Source: Octopus bimaculoides
Taxonomy: Eukaryota
Assembly: GCF_001194135.2 (NCBI RefSeq)
Contig: NC_068997.1
Coordinates: forward strand, 43,050,182 to 43,088,153
Direction: 5' to 3'
DNA: 37,972 bases
Shown: positions 11,508-23,003 of the stretch, piece by piece
Layout of the letters: every line of letters begins with the position of its first letter
Numbering within the stretch: position 1 is the first letter of the stretch
The notes under the pieces: generated by a model
The model's database searches: none
The model's input: only the letters and a program-made list of their open reading frames with translations
Told to the model about the DNA's origin: nothing
Position numbers and translations under genes: made by a program

Positions 11508-11539
11508 CTTTCTGTTGAAGAGCGTAGCTCGAAACGTCA
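11508..11539 (+). ncRNA. Hammerhead-like motif variant, truncated by the assembly gap
   Basis: CTTT-CTGTTGA-A-GAGC-GTA-GCTC-GAA-ACGT-C-A|N. Stem II is perfect and the triplet is GUC, but the core reads CUGUUGA instead of CUGANGA. Confidence 0.4.
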
Positions 11540-11829
11540 NNNNNNNNNNNNNNNNNNNNNNNNNNNNNNNNNNNNNNNNNNNNNNNNNNNNNNNNNNNNN
11601 NNNNNATATATATATATATATATATAATCAAAGCTAATTCAAAGAGGTTTGAAACCTTCAGATATGGAACTTTAAGTGGGCGTGAAAGCATCTTGTTATC
11701 CTTTTCATGTGCGTGCGTGCATACGCGCGCCACCACATACAAACAAACCCCATTATAAACGTGCGAATGTGCATATAAGATAGATAGATAAATAGACAGG
11801 CAGACAGACAAACAGATAGACAGATAGAC

Positions 11830-11880
<51 letters not shown>

Positions 11881-12062
11881 TTGATTTATATAAGGGCAGT
11901 ACTATACAATAATGCCTCACGCTTAGGGGGACAATGCCCTTATATAAATTAAATTATATATATTTCTGGAAAAAGATGATAGGTTTTTTTTTCCTTATGA
12001 GGTTTTTTCACGCTAACTACTTGATAAATTCTTATAAAGTTTTTATCCTAACATTATATTAT

Positions 12063-12126
<64 letters not shown>

Positions 12127-12886
12127 TCACAGGCACACATTCATATGTATCCCTAAACGCTTTCTTTACAATTACCTACGCACATTTCTATGTTTATCAA
12201 ATCATTTATCCGGGCATTTCTTCTCTTAACATGCACAAACAAACTCAGCCAACTCAAAATAACACACAGTTGAAATAACTCTGATTTGGTGTAATAGTGA
12301 AAGTAGGCAGCGAAGTATTTGTTGTTGCAGTTCTGGTTTTATTGCTGTTGTTGTTATTGTCGTTGATAGTGGCTGGCGGTGGTGGTGTCTTAACTGTTCA
12401 ACTTACATTAGTGTTGAGAAGACTCTTTGTTCTTAAGTCCGATTAATCGAACAGAAACAAACGAAACTCGCATGCCATGAAGCAGCAACAGATTTTCTCT
12501 TTGAAGTCGTCAAGAAACCGTAATTGTCCCGTCTCTTCTTCATTTCTTTGGATCATTTTGATTGCCGTCAATTCTTAGCAATGAACTTAATAATTGGCTC
12601 GATTTTCGTCTCTTCTTCTTCGAAACTAATGCGTTGCAGTTTCGGTTTCCAGATAAAATAACACAAAGTCTTATTGTTGTTTATTGTCGTCGTCGTCGTC
12701 GTTGTTGTTGTTGTTGTTGTTATTGTTGTAGTAATTTACGGAGATTTACGGATGTCGTAAGTAACTATCCATTGATGTATCCAGCAGTAAATTGTCACCA
12801 AATGTTAGGCTACTTATGATGAAAATATTCACTAGTTTACAGATATTCTGAATGTGTTTGTTAAGCGGTCTTATTCCTATGTGTCA

Positions 12887-12952
<66 letters not shown>

Positions 12953-13202
12953 TTATCTATCTATTTATCTATCTATCAATCAATCTATCTATCTATCTAA
13001 CTATCTGTTGTTCTGTCAGCCTGCCTGTCTGCCTAACTGTCTATGTTTGTATGTGCGTGTATCTGTGTGTGTACAAATAGATATACCGGGTTAGTTATGC
13101 AGATAATAACAGTTAGAAAGACAGGTAAATTGATAGGCACACACATTTATACACAAACATACATGTATTTTTTTTTCGTGTGTGTAAATATGCGTGTGTA
13201 TG

Positions 13203-13258
<56 letters not shown>

Positions 13259-13391
13259 CGTATACACACACTCACACGAACACACACTCACACGAACACA
13301 CACGCTTACACACAAACACATACACTCACATCGCGTATGCATATATGTGCTTTTGTTTGTGTATGCATTTCAAGATCCAGTCGAAGTATTC

Positions 13392-13422
<31 letters not shown>

Positions 13423-14445
13423 ATCTGTCCATTTTCCTTCCTATCTATGAATGTGTGATATTATACGAGGCTTAAACTAAAGAACCTTCTACTTATTATC
13501 TAAAGACGGTCTACGATGCTGTGGCTTGCCTCTACTAACAACTAACTCCACTTACAGCGTTGCATGCGACACCTACAATAGCATCGTTGATTGAAATTGG
13601 AAAGAAATCTTTACAGTAGACACACACAAACACAAACCGGACACATATTACACGCATTGAAACGCTCTTCCAGATATACTTGTACACTCCTTTTCTCTAT
13701 TTCTCTCTCTCACACACACACAGACACACACACACACACATACACTCACATACACATACGTATATAGACAGAGCCTTCTGTTTTAGCCAATTATAATTAT
13801 AAGAATTATTGTTGTTGTTATTGTTATTGTTACTTTTTCTACTGTCCTTCGTGTAGCTGAATATGGGAACAACAATGGTGGAATTAGAACTGCGGGAGAA
13901 ATTTATCATAGTCTCATAAAAGTAATAAAGAGAAAATATAAATTAAGAGAGGACAGGCTGAAAATGGCTGCCCGTTTTAACTAATTCGCAAAGAGCTCGT
14001 TATGGTCGCTCATTCATCGGACTAGTAAAGCTGATTAGGACAGTTCTAATCCCTATCTCTGATAGTCACATCAAAGACGCGGCAGCGTAGGAAAAAACAC
14101 TTATTTTAGTAACCTTATTGATTCCACACATCGATATGTACGTGTGTGTGGGTGTGTGCGTGTGTATGTATACACACACATAAATAGATAGGTAGATAGA
14201 TAGACACATGCATACATACATGCATATGTATGTTTATACACGCACACACAAGCATGCAGACACATACACCTATACTTACATACATACACGCACACACAGA
14301 CATACAGACACATACACAAACACAAATACACACACGCACACACTCACATACACACTTATATGAGTGTGTATATATGTAAGCATATGGATGCCTGTATGTA
14401 TGTATGTATGTATGTTTGTGTGAACTCTCCTCCCCAACCATCTTT

Positions 14446-14550
<105 letters not shown>

Positions 14551-15494
14551 TATGCATAATATTAATAGATCCTTTGAAATTTCCTTCGTCAACGACGTAG
14601 ATCAAGTTACTTATCAAAGCAAACAATACGGCCATAACTGTAGTGTCTAATGAATTGGCAAGCTATCAATTCGACCAAAATGAGCAGTCTTGTTTATGGC
14701 ACCATTTGACGGTCTTTGTTTACAAATGCCATCCAAGGTATTTGTGTAAGATTGGTCAGTTTCTTCACTGCCTCGACCTCTACCACTACCACCATCACCA
14801 CCAACAACAACACCACCAACAACAACACCAGCAACGGTAAAGCCCGCAACAACAACAACAACAACAGTTGAAGCAGTAACGACAGCAGCACCTACCATTA
14901 TCGCGTATTTCGGCTGAAAATAACGACAGGAAAAAAACATACACAAGTAGTCACATTAGCAAAAGCTAAACAGTCTTTTTTATTCGTTTTTTCTTATTCC
15001 CCATCTCTCCCTTCTCTCTCTCTCTCCCTCTTACCCTCTCTTTCTCTTTTATGAATTACCTGTTAATAAAATGCTAAATTCGAGAGTATTCTAGCAAAGA
15101 TCTTAACTCATTAAAAGTTCTCGACATTTATTGCATCTGATCTTCAACAGAAATAGAATCTAACGACTTTTTTTTATTGTTTGTTCACAGTTTCAAAGAA
15201 CTCGTACTTCTTGTTTTTAACGTTTCCCATGAGTGGTTTTTGTTTCTTTAGGGTTTTACTTTAATTCTTTTAAACTTTTTAGATGTTTTTTTTTTTCTTC
15301 TTTTAACTATCTACGAACATTCCAGAAGATCAATCGGTACACTACAACGAACTTGTATAAATTTCGGGGAACTTCAAGCTTCTTCAAATCAACTTCAAAT
15401 CTAACTTTACCAAACATTTTTCGATTCTCTGTCATAGTATTGTAGAAGTATATATGGGCGTGTTTGTGTACTTGTATACGTGTATACATAAACG

Positions 15495-15670
15495 TATGTG
15501 GATCGTTGGCGATTTTTTTCCTTCGTCATCCTTTTCTCTTGGACTTTCTTCTGTCTTCTGTTTCTGAAGAAGAGCTTTGCTCGAAACGTAAAACTACCTT
15601 TCTTTCCTTCCTTGAGCGTCTGCTAATACTTTGCATGTACCACACCCTCGCGTTGTTTTTCTCTTCGGTT
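15495..15670 (+). mobile_element. ~180-bp dispersed repeat (Penelope-derived or retrozyme-like), paralog of 4850-5035
   Basis: Long shared blocks with the 4.9-kb copy: CTTTCCTTCC.TGAGCGTCTGCTAATACTTT.CATGTACCAC..CCTCGCGTT. Confidence 0.6.
15560..15594 (+). ncRNA. Minimal type I hammerhead ribozyme motif
   Basis: Stem I GTTT(15560-63)/AAAC(15591-94); core CTGAAGA(15564-70) plus one extra A; stem II GAGC/GCTC with TTT loop; GAA; palindromic stem III ACGT(15586-89); cleavage triplet GTA ending at 15590. Confidence 0.65.
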
Positions 15671-15674
15671 ATGT

Positions 15675-15707
<33 letters not shown>

Positions 15708-15898
15708 TATATTATATTATCTCTAACNNNNNNNNNNNNNNNNNNNNNNNNNNNNNNNNNNNNNNNNNNNNNNNNNNNNNNNNNNNNNNNNNNNNNNNNN
15801 NNNNNNNNNNNNNNNNNNNNNNNNNNNAAATGCACACACACACACACACACATGTATGTTCGAAAGTACGTACGTATGTATGTATGTATGTATGTATG

Positions 15899-16008
15899 TC
15901 ATTATTCAGTTTATTTAAAGATTTCTTGCCAATAGAGAAAGAACTGGTTTCTAACCTAGATCCAAGGCTCCTTCATTGGAATTTCAACATCAACAACAGG
16001 GTATTTTT
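15899..16008 (-). mobile_element. Short 3'-end copy of the second RLE LINE family inside a (TACA)n array
   Basis: Aligns with 3618-3730 (…AGATCCAA.GCTCCTTCA.TGGAATTTCAACA…ACAGGGTATTTT). (TATG)n on both sides. Confidence 0.65.
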
Positions 16009-16974
16009 GTATGTATGTATGTATGTATATATGTATGTATGTATGTATGCATGTATGTATGTATGTATGTATGTATGTATGCATGTATGTATGTATACGC
16101 ACACAAGTATGCATACCACGATTTCTCCAACTGTTTGAGACGCGGTGTCCCTGAGGAGCTTTCCTGGTGGGCTCATGCTCTCAAAACAAGTGGCACCGCA
16201 TCTCAAAAGTCGGTCTATCTCTTCATGGTGATAAAATGATTTCGCTCCGAATAGTCACTGACACTCTACAAAGATGTGGTTCACAATGAAATACTGCATT
16301 CACATCACAAGATCGCATCCAGAAAATTACCACTCAGTTTCTCTTTCTTACATACTGCGGCATCTGGCTGCAGACATGCACTCCTCTCTCTTTCAATTCT
16401 GTCTCTGCTGCAATGACGTCTGCTAAATCCTCATCAGCTTAACGGATTTATCATCCCAGTGCCCCACGATGCTATCAGACGGACAAGAACTTGTCACTCC
16501 AGAAGCGAGCTGCAAGCACACGGACAAAGTGATCATGGTCGGCTCTACCATAAGTTGACAATTGATTTATATTGGTGGTTACCTACCCTTTGTTACCTAC
16601 TCTTTCTATGATGCATGCGGTGGAAATTGCATGCATGAGGTGGGAATTGTCGGAGATATATCTGCTCGAAGTCGTGTGGCTTTGCACGTTCTCAATACTA
16701 CCGACAGATAATCCGTTGAAAGAAGTTCCAGTAAAAGGATGGCTCAAAACATTCTTCCTTTTCTTCAGTTAGGAATGGCTATTCCTTCCTTTTCTTTGCG
16801 AAATGTGTGTGTAAGTATGTATGCATGCATATATGTATGTACGTATGAATGCATGTGTGTTTATGTATGTATGCGTGTATATATGTAGAATTTTGTATAT
16901 ATGTGTGTGTGTGTGTGTGTGTATGTATGCGTGTGTGTGTATATATGTGTGTGTGTGTGTGTGTGTTTGTGTGT

Positions 16975-17160
16975 GTTCCGCCATCGCTTGAGAACCGGTG
17001 ATAGTTTGTTTACGCTCCGTAACATAGCGGTTCGGTAAAACTGACCGATAGAATAAGTGCCAAACTTAAAAAATAAACACAGGGATCGATTTGTTCGAGT
17101 AAACCCTTCAGCGCGGTGCTCCAGCATGGCAGCAGTCCAATGATTGAAACAAATAAGACA
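16975..17160 (+). mobile_element. SINE family B, 3' half
   Basis: CCATCGCTTGA.AACCGGTG...GTTTACG.TCCGTAAC.TAGCGGTTCGG...GATAGAATAAGT...GCGGTGCTCCAGCATGGC.GCAGTC.AATGA.TGAAACAA. Confidence 0.7.
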
Positions 17161-17223
17161 TGTTTCTTGTGAAATAAATGAATTTAGTTGGGGAATGGAA
17201 TTCATTTTTCGTTTTACTTTTTT

Positions 17224-18190
17224 NNNNNNNNNNNNNNNNNNNNNNNNNNNNNNNNNNNNNNNNNNNNNNNNNNNNNNNNNNNNNNNNNNNNNNNNNNNNN
17301 NNNNNNNNNNNNNNNNNNNNNNNNNNNNNNNNNNNNNNNNNNNNNNNNNNNNNNNNNNNNNNNNNNNNNNNNNNNNNNNNNNNNNNNNNNNNNNNNNNNN
17401 NNNNNNNNNNNNNNNNNNNNNNNNNNNNNNNNNNNNNNNNNNNNNNNNNNNNNNNNNNNNNNNNNNNNNNNNNNNNNNNNNNNNNNNNNNNNNNNNNNNN
17501 NNNNNNNNNNNNNNNNNNNNNNNNNNNNNNNNNNNNNNNNNNNNNNNNNNNNNNNNNNNNNNNNNNNNNNNNNNNNNNNNNNNNNNNNNNNNNNNNNNNN
17601 NNNNNNNNNNNNNNNNNNNNNNNNNNNNNNNNNNNNNNNNNNNNNNNNNNNNNNNNNNNNNNNNNNNNNNNNNNNNNNNNNNNNNNNNNNNNNNNNNNNN
17701 NNNNNNNNNNNNNNNNNNNNNNNNNNNNNNNNNNNNNNNNNNNNNNNNNNNNNNNNNNNNNNNNNNNNNNNNNNNNNNNNNNNNNNNNNNNNNNNNNNNN
17801 NNNNNNNNNNNNNNNNNNNNNNNNNNNNNNNNNNNNNNNNNNNNNNNNNNNNNNNNNNNNNNNNNNNNNNNNNNNNNNNNNNNNNNNNNNNNNNNNNNNN
17901 NNNNNNNNNNNNNNNNNNNNNNNNNNNNNNNNNNNNNNNNNNNNNNNNNNNNNNNNNNNNNNNNNNNNNNNNNNNNNNNNNNNNNNNNNNNNNNNNNNNN
18001 NNNNNNNNNNNNNNNNNNNNNNNNNNNNNNNNNNNNNNNNNNNNNNNNNNNNNNNNNNNNNNNNNNNNNNNNNNNNNNNNNNNNNNNNNNNNNNNNNNNN
18101 NNNNNNNNNNNNNNNNNNNNNNNNNNNNNNNNNNNNNNNNNNNNNNNNNNNNNNNNNNNNNNNNNNNNNNNNNNNNNNNNNNNNNNNNNN
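17224..18190. other. Assembly gap (largest of 13 N-runs)
   Basis: Other N-runs at about 375-864, 6401-6589, 9900-10518, 11540-11605, 15728-15827, 22357-22679, 23623-24310, 25440-26081, 29443-29913, 33836-34118, 35234-35478 and 36803-37008. Most are bordered by simple repeats. Confidence 0.99.
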
Positions 18191-18284
18191 TTTATAATCG
18201 CTCGTATCTTTTTCTTTCCTTTGCTTCCGCGCCGACGGTTTCCATCGTTTCGCCTTCCTCCTCGTTTTCTTTGTCATTTGGGCA

Positions 18285-18530
18285 GGGGTGCGTTGTGTCC
18301 TTGAGCAAGACACTTTATCCATGTTACCCCAGTCGACTCTGTTGGCAAAAATGAGTAGTGCGTATATTTCAAAGGGCCAGCTTTGTCACACTCTGTGTCA
18401 CACTGAAGCTCTCTGAGAACTACACGTATCTGTGGAGTGCTCAACTACTTGCACGTTAATTTCACGAACAGGCTTTTTCGTTGATCGGAACAACTGGAAA
18501 ACTCGTTGTCGTAAGCGACGGAGTGCCGGT
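18285..18530 (+). mobile_element. SINE family C (Meta-domain-like), headless copy
   Basis: GCGTTGTGTCCTTGAGCAAGACACTTTA...TTGTCACACTCTGTGTCA...CTGTGGAGTGCTCA.C.ACTTGCACGTTAATTTCAC matches 37670-37915. Confidence 0.7.
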
Positions 18531-19522
18531 TAATAAGAATATAGAATAGAATATCTCCTAGTATTTGTATCGCTCTTCTGAGTTCAAATCCTACCGTGAT
18601 CAAATTTGCTTTTACGTCCGCGGATCGATAAACTACCAGTCCAGGGTAGCGATACTAGAGATCAACTATTCTCGTTGCGCAGTGGGACTGATTCCGGAAT
18701 CATGTGGTTGGAATGCGAGCTTCTTACCATACAGTCTCACCTGATGAAAATAATTACTTTATAGCATTTTTCGGTGATCAACAAAACAAACTTGGGAAAG
18801 AAAATATATATCTCGCTCTTCATGGAATAAGGAAAAACTAAGAACCTTTTCGAGAAAGTAATTTTCTTGTTGTTTGCTAAAAAGATTCCGATAAGAACAA
18901 GCTCCAATATTACGAAGAACAACGACAATAGCAATTTCAATTAAAAACAAAATTAATGGAGTAATAAACAAAAGAAAAGTAATAATAACAGTAACATTAC
19001 CAATAAGATAGCACGATGTTATACTAGTAATTGTAATGTTTTTTTCCTTTTAATTGCTTTATAATATCTATAGGATTTATTTAAATCTTTAAATCATTAA
19101 AAGTGCTGCTAGCGCTTAAATATATGGCTATGAGCAGTGAAATAGCCAACTTAAATATGACGACGGGGAAAAAGTAATAACGAACAAAACATGGCTGCGG
19201 GTGGAAGATGACGAACAGATGGCTACAGCGTGGGAGAGAAATAGCGAAAATAACATGACGATGGGTGGTGGGGTGAGGAAAATTGTAAACAAATTACGAC
19301 AAAAGACAAAATAAATAATGCCACAAGAATAGCGATCTTTGTTCAATATTTTGTCGTTGTTAGTTTAATTCACTAAATAGAAAGATAAAAACATGTGTTC
19401 ATACAAATAAATACGTATTATACAGACAATTTGCAAACTTAATGCTTAACATTGTATAAAAGCTTATACATACGCTATATGCATGCGTGCAATTATCTAT
19501 CTATCTATCTATAATAACTAAT

Positions 19523-19841
19523 TGGCACTTCATCGGGTAGAACAACGAGGGTTCCAGTTGATCCGATAAATGGAATAGCCTACGCACGAAATACTCAAGT
19601 GTTTGAGTATTCCATGGAAACGTGTACTCTTAACGTAGTTCACAAGGATATTCAATTTGGCACAGAGTGTGACAAGGCTGTCCCTATGAATTACAGGTAC
19701 TGCTAATTTTTGCCAGCTGAGTGGACTAGAACAACAGGAAATAAAATGTCTTACTCAAGAGACACATCGCGCAGGCGGAATCGAACTCACGATCTTGCGA
19801 TCATGAGCCGAATACCCCAAACCACCAGGCTACGCGCCTTC
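19523..19841 (-). mobile_element. SINE family C, near full-length
   Basis: Reverse complement GAAGGCGCGTAGCCTGGTGGTT...GTGAGTTCGATTCC shows a tRNA-like head with A/B boxes. The body matches 37600-37917. Confidence 0.75.
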
Positions 19842-19939
19842 ACACACACACACATAATCACACACATACATACATATATACACACAAACGCAAGCACGCA
19901 CGCACATATGCACACACATGTGCACACACACACACACAC

Positions 19940-20085
<146 letters not shown>

Positions 20086-20897
20086 GTTTCTCGCTTTGTC
20101 CCCATCGGTCTCAATTTCTTTATACTTACCCTCTTTATTTCTTTCTTGCCCTCTTACCTTTCCTCTTTCACCACTTTTCCTCCGGAAAACATTGGCGGGA
20201 TACTGAGGTAAAGCTGAAAGAAAGCAAGGGTCCAACTAGAGAGAAGCAGAAAAGACATTGCAGTATCGAGGAAAGAGGAGTAAAATCGTCGACGTCCTAA
20301 ACTCCATCGAGAGCAAAGGACTTAGTGAATCTTTACAAAATTGGAAGGGAACACGATATGATGTAGTCTTAGTAACCTCTAAAAAAAAAAGGCAGGGTGG
20401 TCGCTGTAGAAATACTTTTCGTAATAGGTCTACTCAATCAGTTTTGTCTGGGGCTAAACAACAACAACAACAAACAAACAAACAAACAAATAATAACGAC
20501 AGAATGATGACACTTGCTTTCATATGTCAGATGAAACACGAACCGTTCGTCAAGTTCATTATGCAAGTTATTGAATGAAATAATGTAATATAATCAATAC
20601 TTGGCAAGATTTATAAAACGTCAGAAACTTTCCAAAGATGTGCATGTTTTTGAATAAATATTTTTCTTAACTATATTTATATTGATTTTATTAATAAAGT
20701 GTTGGGGGTGGATTTTATGAAAAAAATTTTATTGACAAATTAATATAAAGCTTTGCTCATGATCAACATTTTTAAGCATTTTGGTAATTTTTTAATACGT
20801 TTATCTTATTAAGTTTATTGTTAAAATAATATCGATTAATACAATTTTTCTTTTTTCTTTTCTCTTCTTTTTTTTGTTTCATTTATTTCATGTTTAG

Positions 20898-21465
20898 TTG
20901 GACAGTAATAACGTCAACAGTGGTAGGTACCCAGGCCATGAAGAAATTATGGAATTTTTACGGAAACTGGGTCTCCTGGCCAACACTATCGAAAGTACAG
21001 CTTCAATTGACGACACCGACTCAGAATCTGCTGAAAGAATGAAAAAAGTTAACCCCTACAGTTTCCAAGGTACCAGAGGCAAAAGATTAAACGCAAACAG
21101 TTTCATGGGTTCCCGAGGTAAAAGAGTCCTCGTTAATGACAAACGGACTGTCAGTGCTAACGCTTTCGTCGGATCGAGGGGTAAACGTTTGGTTACCTTA
21201 TTCGGTGAAAAGCCCCAACTAAACGATCTTACGGGAGTCATTGACAAAAAATCAGGTGCTTTAGCATTCGTCCCAACAAGAGGCAGAAGACAATCAACCA
21301 ATGACGAACTTGCTTACATGGGTCCGATGTTATTGAGAGAAGGCCGAGGAATGAATTCGTTATCGTTTGGTCCCCCAAAAGGCAAAAAATACAGTCCACT
21401 TGACTTCATTGGATCGCGTGGCAAGAAAAGTACTCTTGAAGATTATGTGTTAAATAACCAAAACG
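20898..21465 (+). CDS. TKRP: Internal coding exon of a tachykinin-related peptide (TKRP) precursor; six predicted amidated peptides
   Basis: Pyrimidine tract ~20845-20880 and AG at 20896-20897 (phase 0). Open frame LDSNNVNSG...KK-VNPYSFQGTR-G-KR-LNANSFMGSR-G-KR-VLVND-KR-TVSANAFVGSR-G-KR...KK-SGALAFVPTR-G-RR...RG-MNSLSFGPPK-G-KK-YSPLDFIGSR-G-KK-STLEDYVLNNQN. Donor G|GTAAT at 21465/21466 (phase 1). FxGxR-amide is the protostome TKRP signature. The peptides match the Octopus vulgaris oct-TKRP set as I recall it. The ORF-track tail (FIYLFIY...) is intronic (ATTT)n. Confidence 0.95.
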
Positions 21466-21473
21466 GTAATTGC

Positions 21474-21474
21474 T

Positions 21475-21517
<43 letters not shown>

Positions 21518-21561
21518 TGTATTCATTTATTTATTTATTTATTTATACATTTATTTATTTA
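21474..21561 (+). repeat. (ATTT)n microsatellite just inside the TKRP intron
   Basis: Read directly; begins about 8 nt after the GT donor. Confidence 0.95.
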
Positions 21562-21654
21562 TCAGAATGATAAGCATCTGTGAACCTCACTAACACTCTC
21601 AAGTTACGGCGGATTAATGTTTGTTAGACTTGGGTGAACTTTTACCGTGCATAT

Positions 21655-22100
21655 TTATGATCAGATGTGTTCCAGCTGTGGCCATCTTTTGTCTTTTATT
21701 GAAATAGTTAATCTCGAACTACTTTATTCACTGTGTCCTTATTATATTAAGAAGCGAGATTTTGCTGTTGTTTCTAGCAAGTAGATCAAGTCACCGTATA
21801 GAAACACCCGCAAGATGCAGTAGATGTCGTTATTACTGTTGCTGTTCTTATAGATGTTGTTGTAATTGATACTGTTGCTATACATGTTATTGTTGCTGTT
21901 GTAGATGCTGCAGTTGTTGTTGTTTAGCCTCAGTTCAGTACTGATGGATAAGACCTACAGTCAATCTATGTAGCAGCCAAGACCATCTCTTGTTTTTCAA
22001 GTATGGTTTATCTGGAACTTCATTATTCAATGTGTCTTTCTCTTCTTTAAAAGTTGGTACGGTGGGTTTTTTAAGCTGAAAATCTTGCAAATGTGAGATG
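21655..22100 (+). mobile_element. Two decayed copies of an unclassified interspersed repeat (third copy at ~26750-26945, minus)
   Basis: Shared GAC..ATGATCA...CCA.C..TG.CCATC...TTATTCA.TGTGTC...TGCT.TTTCTAG motifs across the three sites, judged by eye. Confidence 0.4.
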
Positions 22101-22679
22101 TCAACAAACATTGATGGCCACGATGGGTAGAATCTAATGGATCAACTTGACCTAAATGTAATAATCTGAAAGAAAACCATGGGTTACAATAGAGGAAACT
22201 TTAGAGGTCTTCAGTCAAAGATAGGAACGACAGGCGAAAGATTTTAATAATGGTTTTAGGATTTGAGACTCAACACAGATTATGAGATGTGGAGATAGGA
22301 TTGAGTAAAATATGGACCAGATATGCTAGTTTCGTTCTCTCTCTCTCTCTCTCTCTNNNNNNNNNNNNNNNNNNNNNNNNNNNNNNNNNNNNNNNNNNNN
22401 NNNNNNNNNNNNNNNNNNNNNNNNNNNNNNNNNNNNNNNNNNNNNNNNNNNNNNNNNNNNNNNNNNNNNNNNNNNNNNNNNNNNNNNNNNNNNNNNNNNN
22501 NNNNNNNNNNNNNNNNNNNNNNNNNNNNNNNNNNNNNNNNNNNNNNNNNNNNNNNNNNNNNNNNNNNNNNNNNNNNNNNNNNNNNNNNNNNNNNNNNNNN
22601 NNNNNNNNNNNNNNNNNNNNNNNNNNNNNNNNNNNNNNNNNNNNNNNNNNNNNNNNNNNNNNNNNNNNNNNNNNNNNNN

Positions 22680-23003
22680 TATTTCTGTCTCCTGATCTTT
22701 CTTTGTTTCTCAGACCAAGCTTTCTCCATTCACTACACGAGCCGTGCGCTTTCGCGCAGCTCGCTTAAGTTTTTCATGCTGGATATGTGCTCTCTCAAAA
22801 GTGTCGATCCCCTCCTTAACCTGCTTCCTCCATCTGTGGCGATGACAGGCATTGTTCTCCCTGTCAGTGTCCTGCATATCACAGGCCTTTAATGAGGACT
22901 TGACACAGTCCTTAAATCGCAGCCTTGGTTTCTGCCGGAGTCTCCTTCCATTCACAAGTTCTCCATATAGCAACTGCTCAGGAATCCCGCTATCCTTCAT
23001 TCT
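22680..23003 (-). mobile_element. RTE-clade LINE fragment, ORF C-terminal region
   Basis: RMKDSGIPEQLLYGELVNGRRLRQKPRLRFKDCVKSSLKAC...RHRWRKQVKEGIDTFE...KRAARK fits the RTE pattern RM.D.RiPK.lLYGEL..G.R..G.P..RfKD.lK...R..WR..v..G...FE. Confidence 0.85.

Noticed and set aside
17108-18354. Long ORFs (300-400 aa) here and at 212-1028, 9548-10522, 23485-24471, 25106-26230 and 29207-30074
   Set aside because: They are made of N-gap codons and dinucleotide repeats.
18737-18940. Signal-peptide-like ORF (xKLLLSLFFVILELVLIG)
   Set aside because: Wrong strand for TKRP, TTG start, and hydrophobicity explained by T-rich sequence.
20258-20578. 106-aa ORF with a QYRGKR amidation-like site just upstream of the TKRP exon
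   Set aside because: It starts at TTG, has no FxGxR motif, no convincing acceptor/donor pair, and runs through A10 and (CAA)/(AAAC) repeats.
21056-21301. 81-aa minus-strand ORF
   Set aside because: Antisense shadow of the TKRP exon with no independent features.
21252-21419. A-to-I RNA editing as the cause of peptide differences from O. vulgaris
   Set aside because: Editing turns genomic A into transcript G. Here the genome already has GGT (Gly) and CGT (Arg), so the differences are genomic.
20898-21465. Vertebrate-type salivary tachykinin (FxGLM-amide; eledoisin/OctTK)
   Set aside because: No FxGLM motif; all peptides end in R or K before the amidation Gly.
21466-21593. C-terminal extension of ORF 20898-21593 (GNCFIYLFIY...)
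   Set aside because: It lies after the GT donor and is a translation of (ATTT)n.
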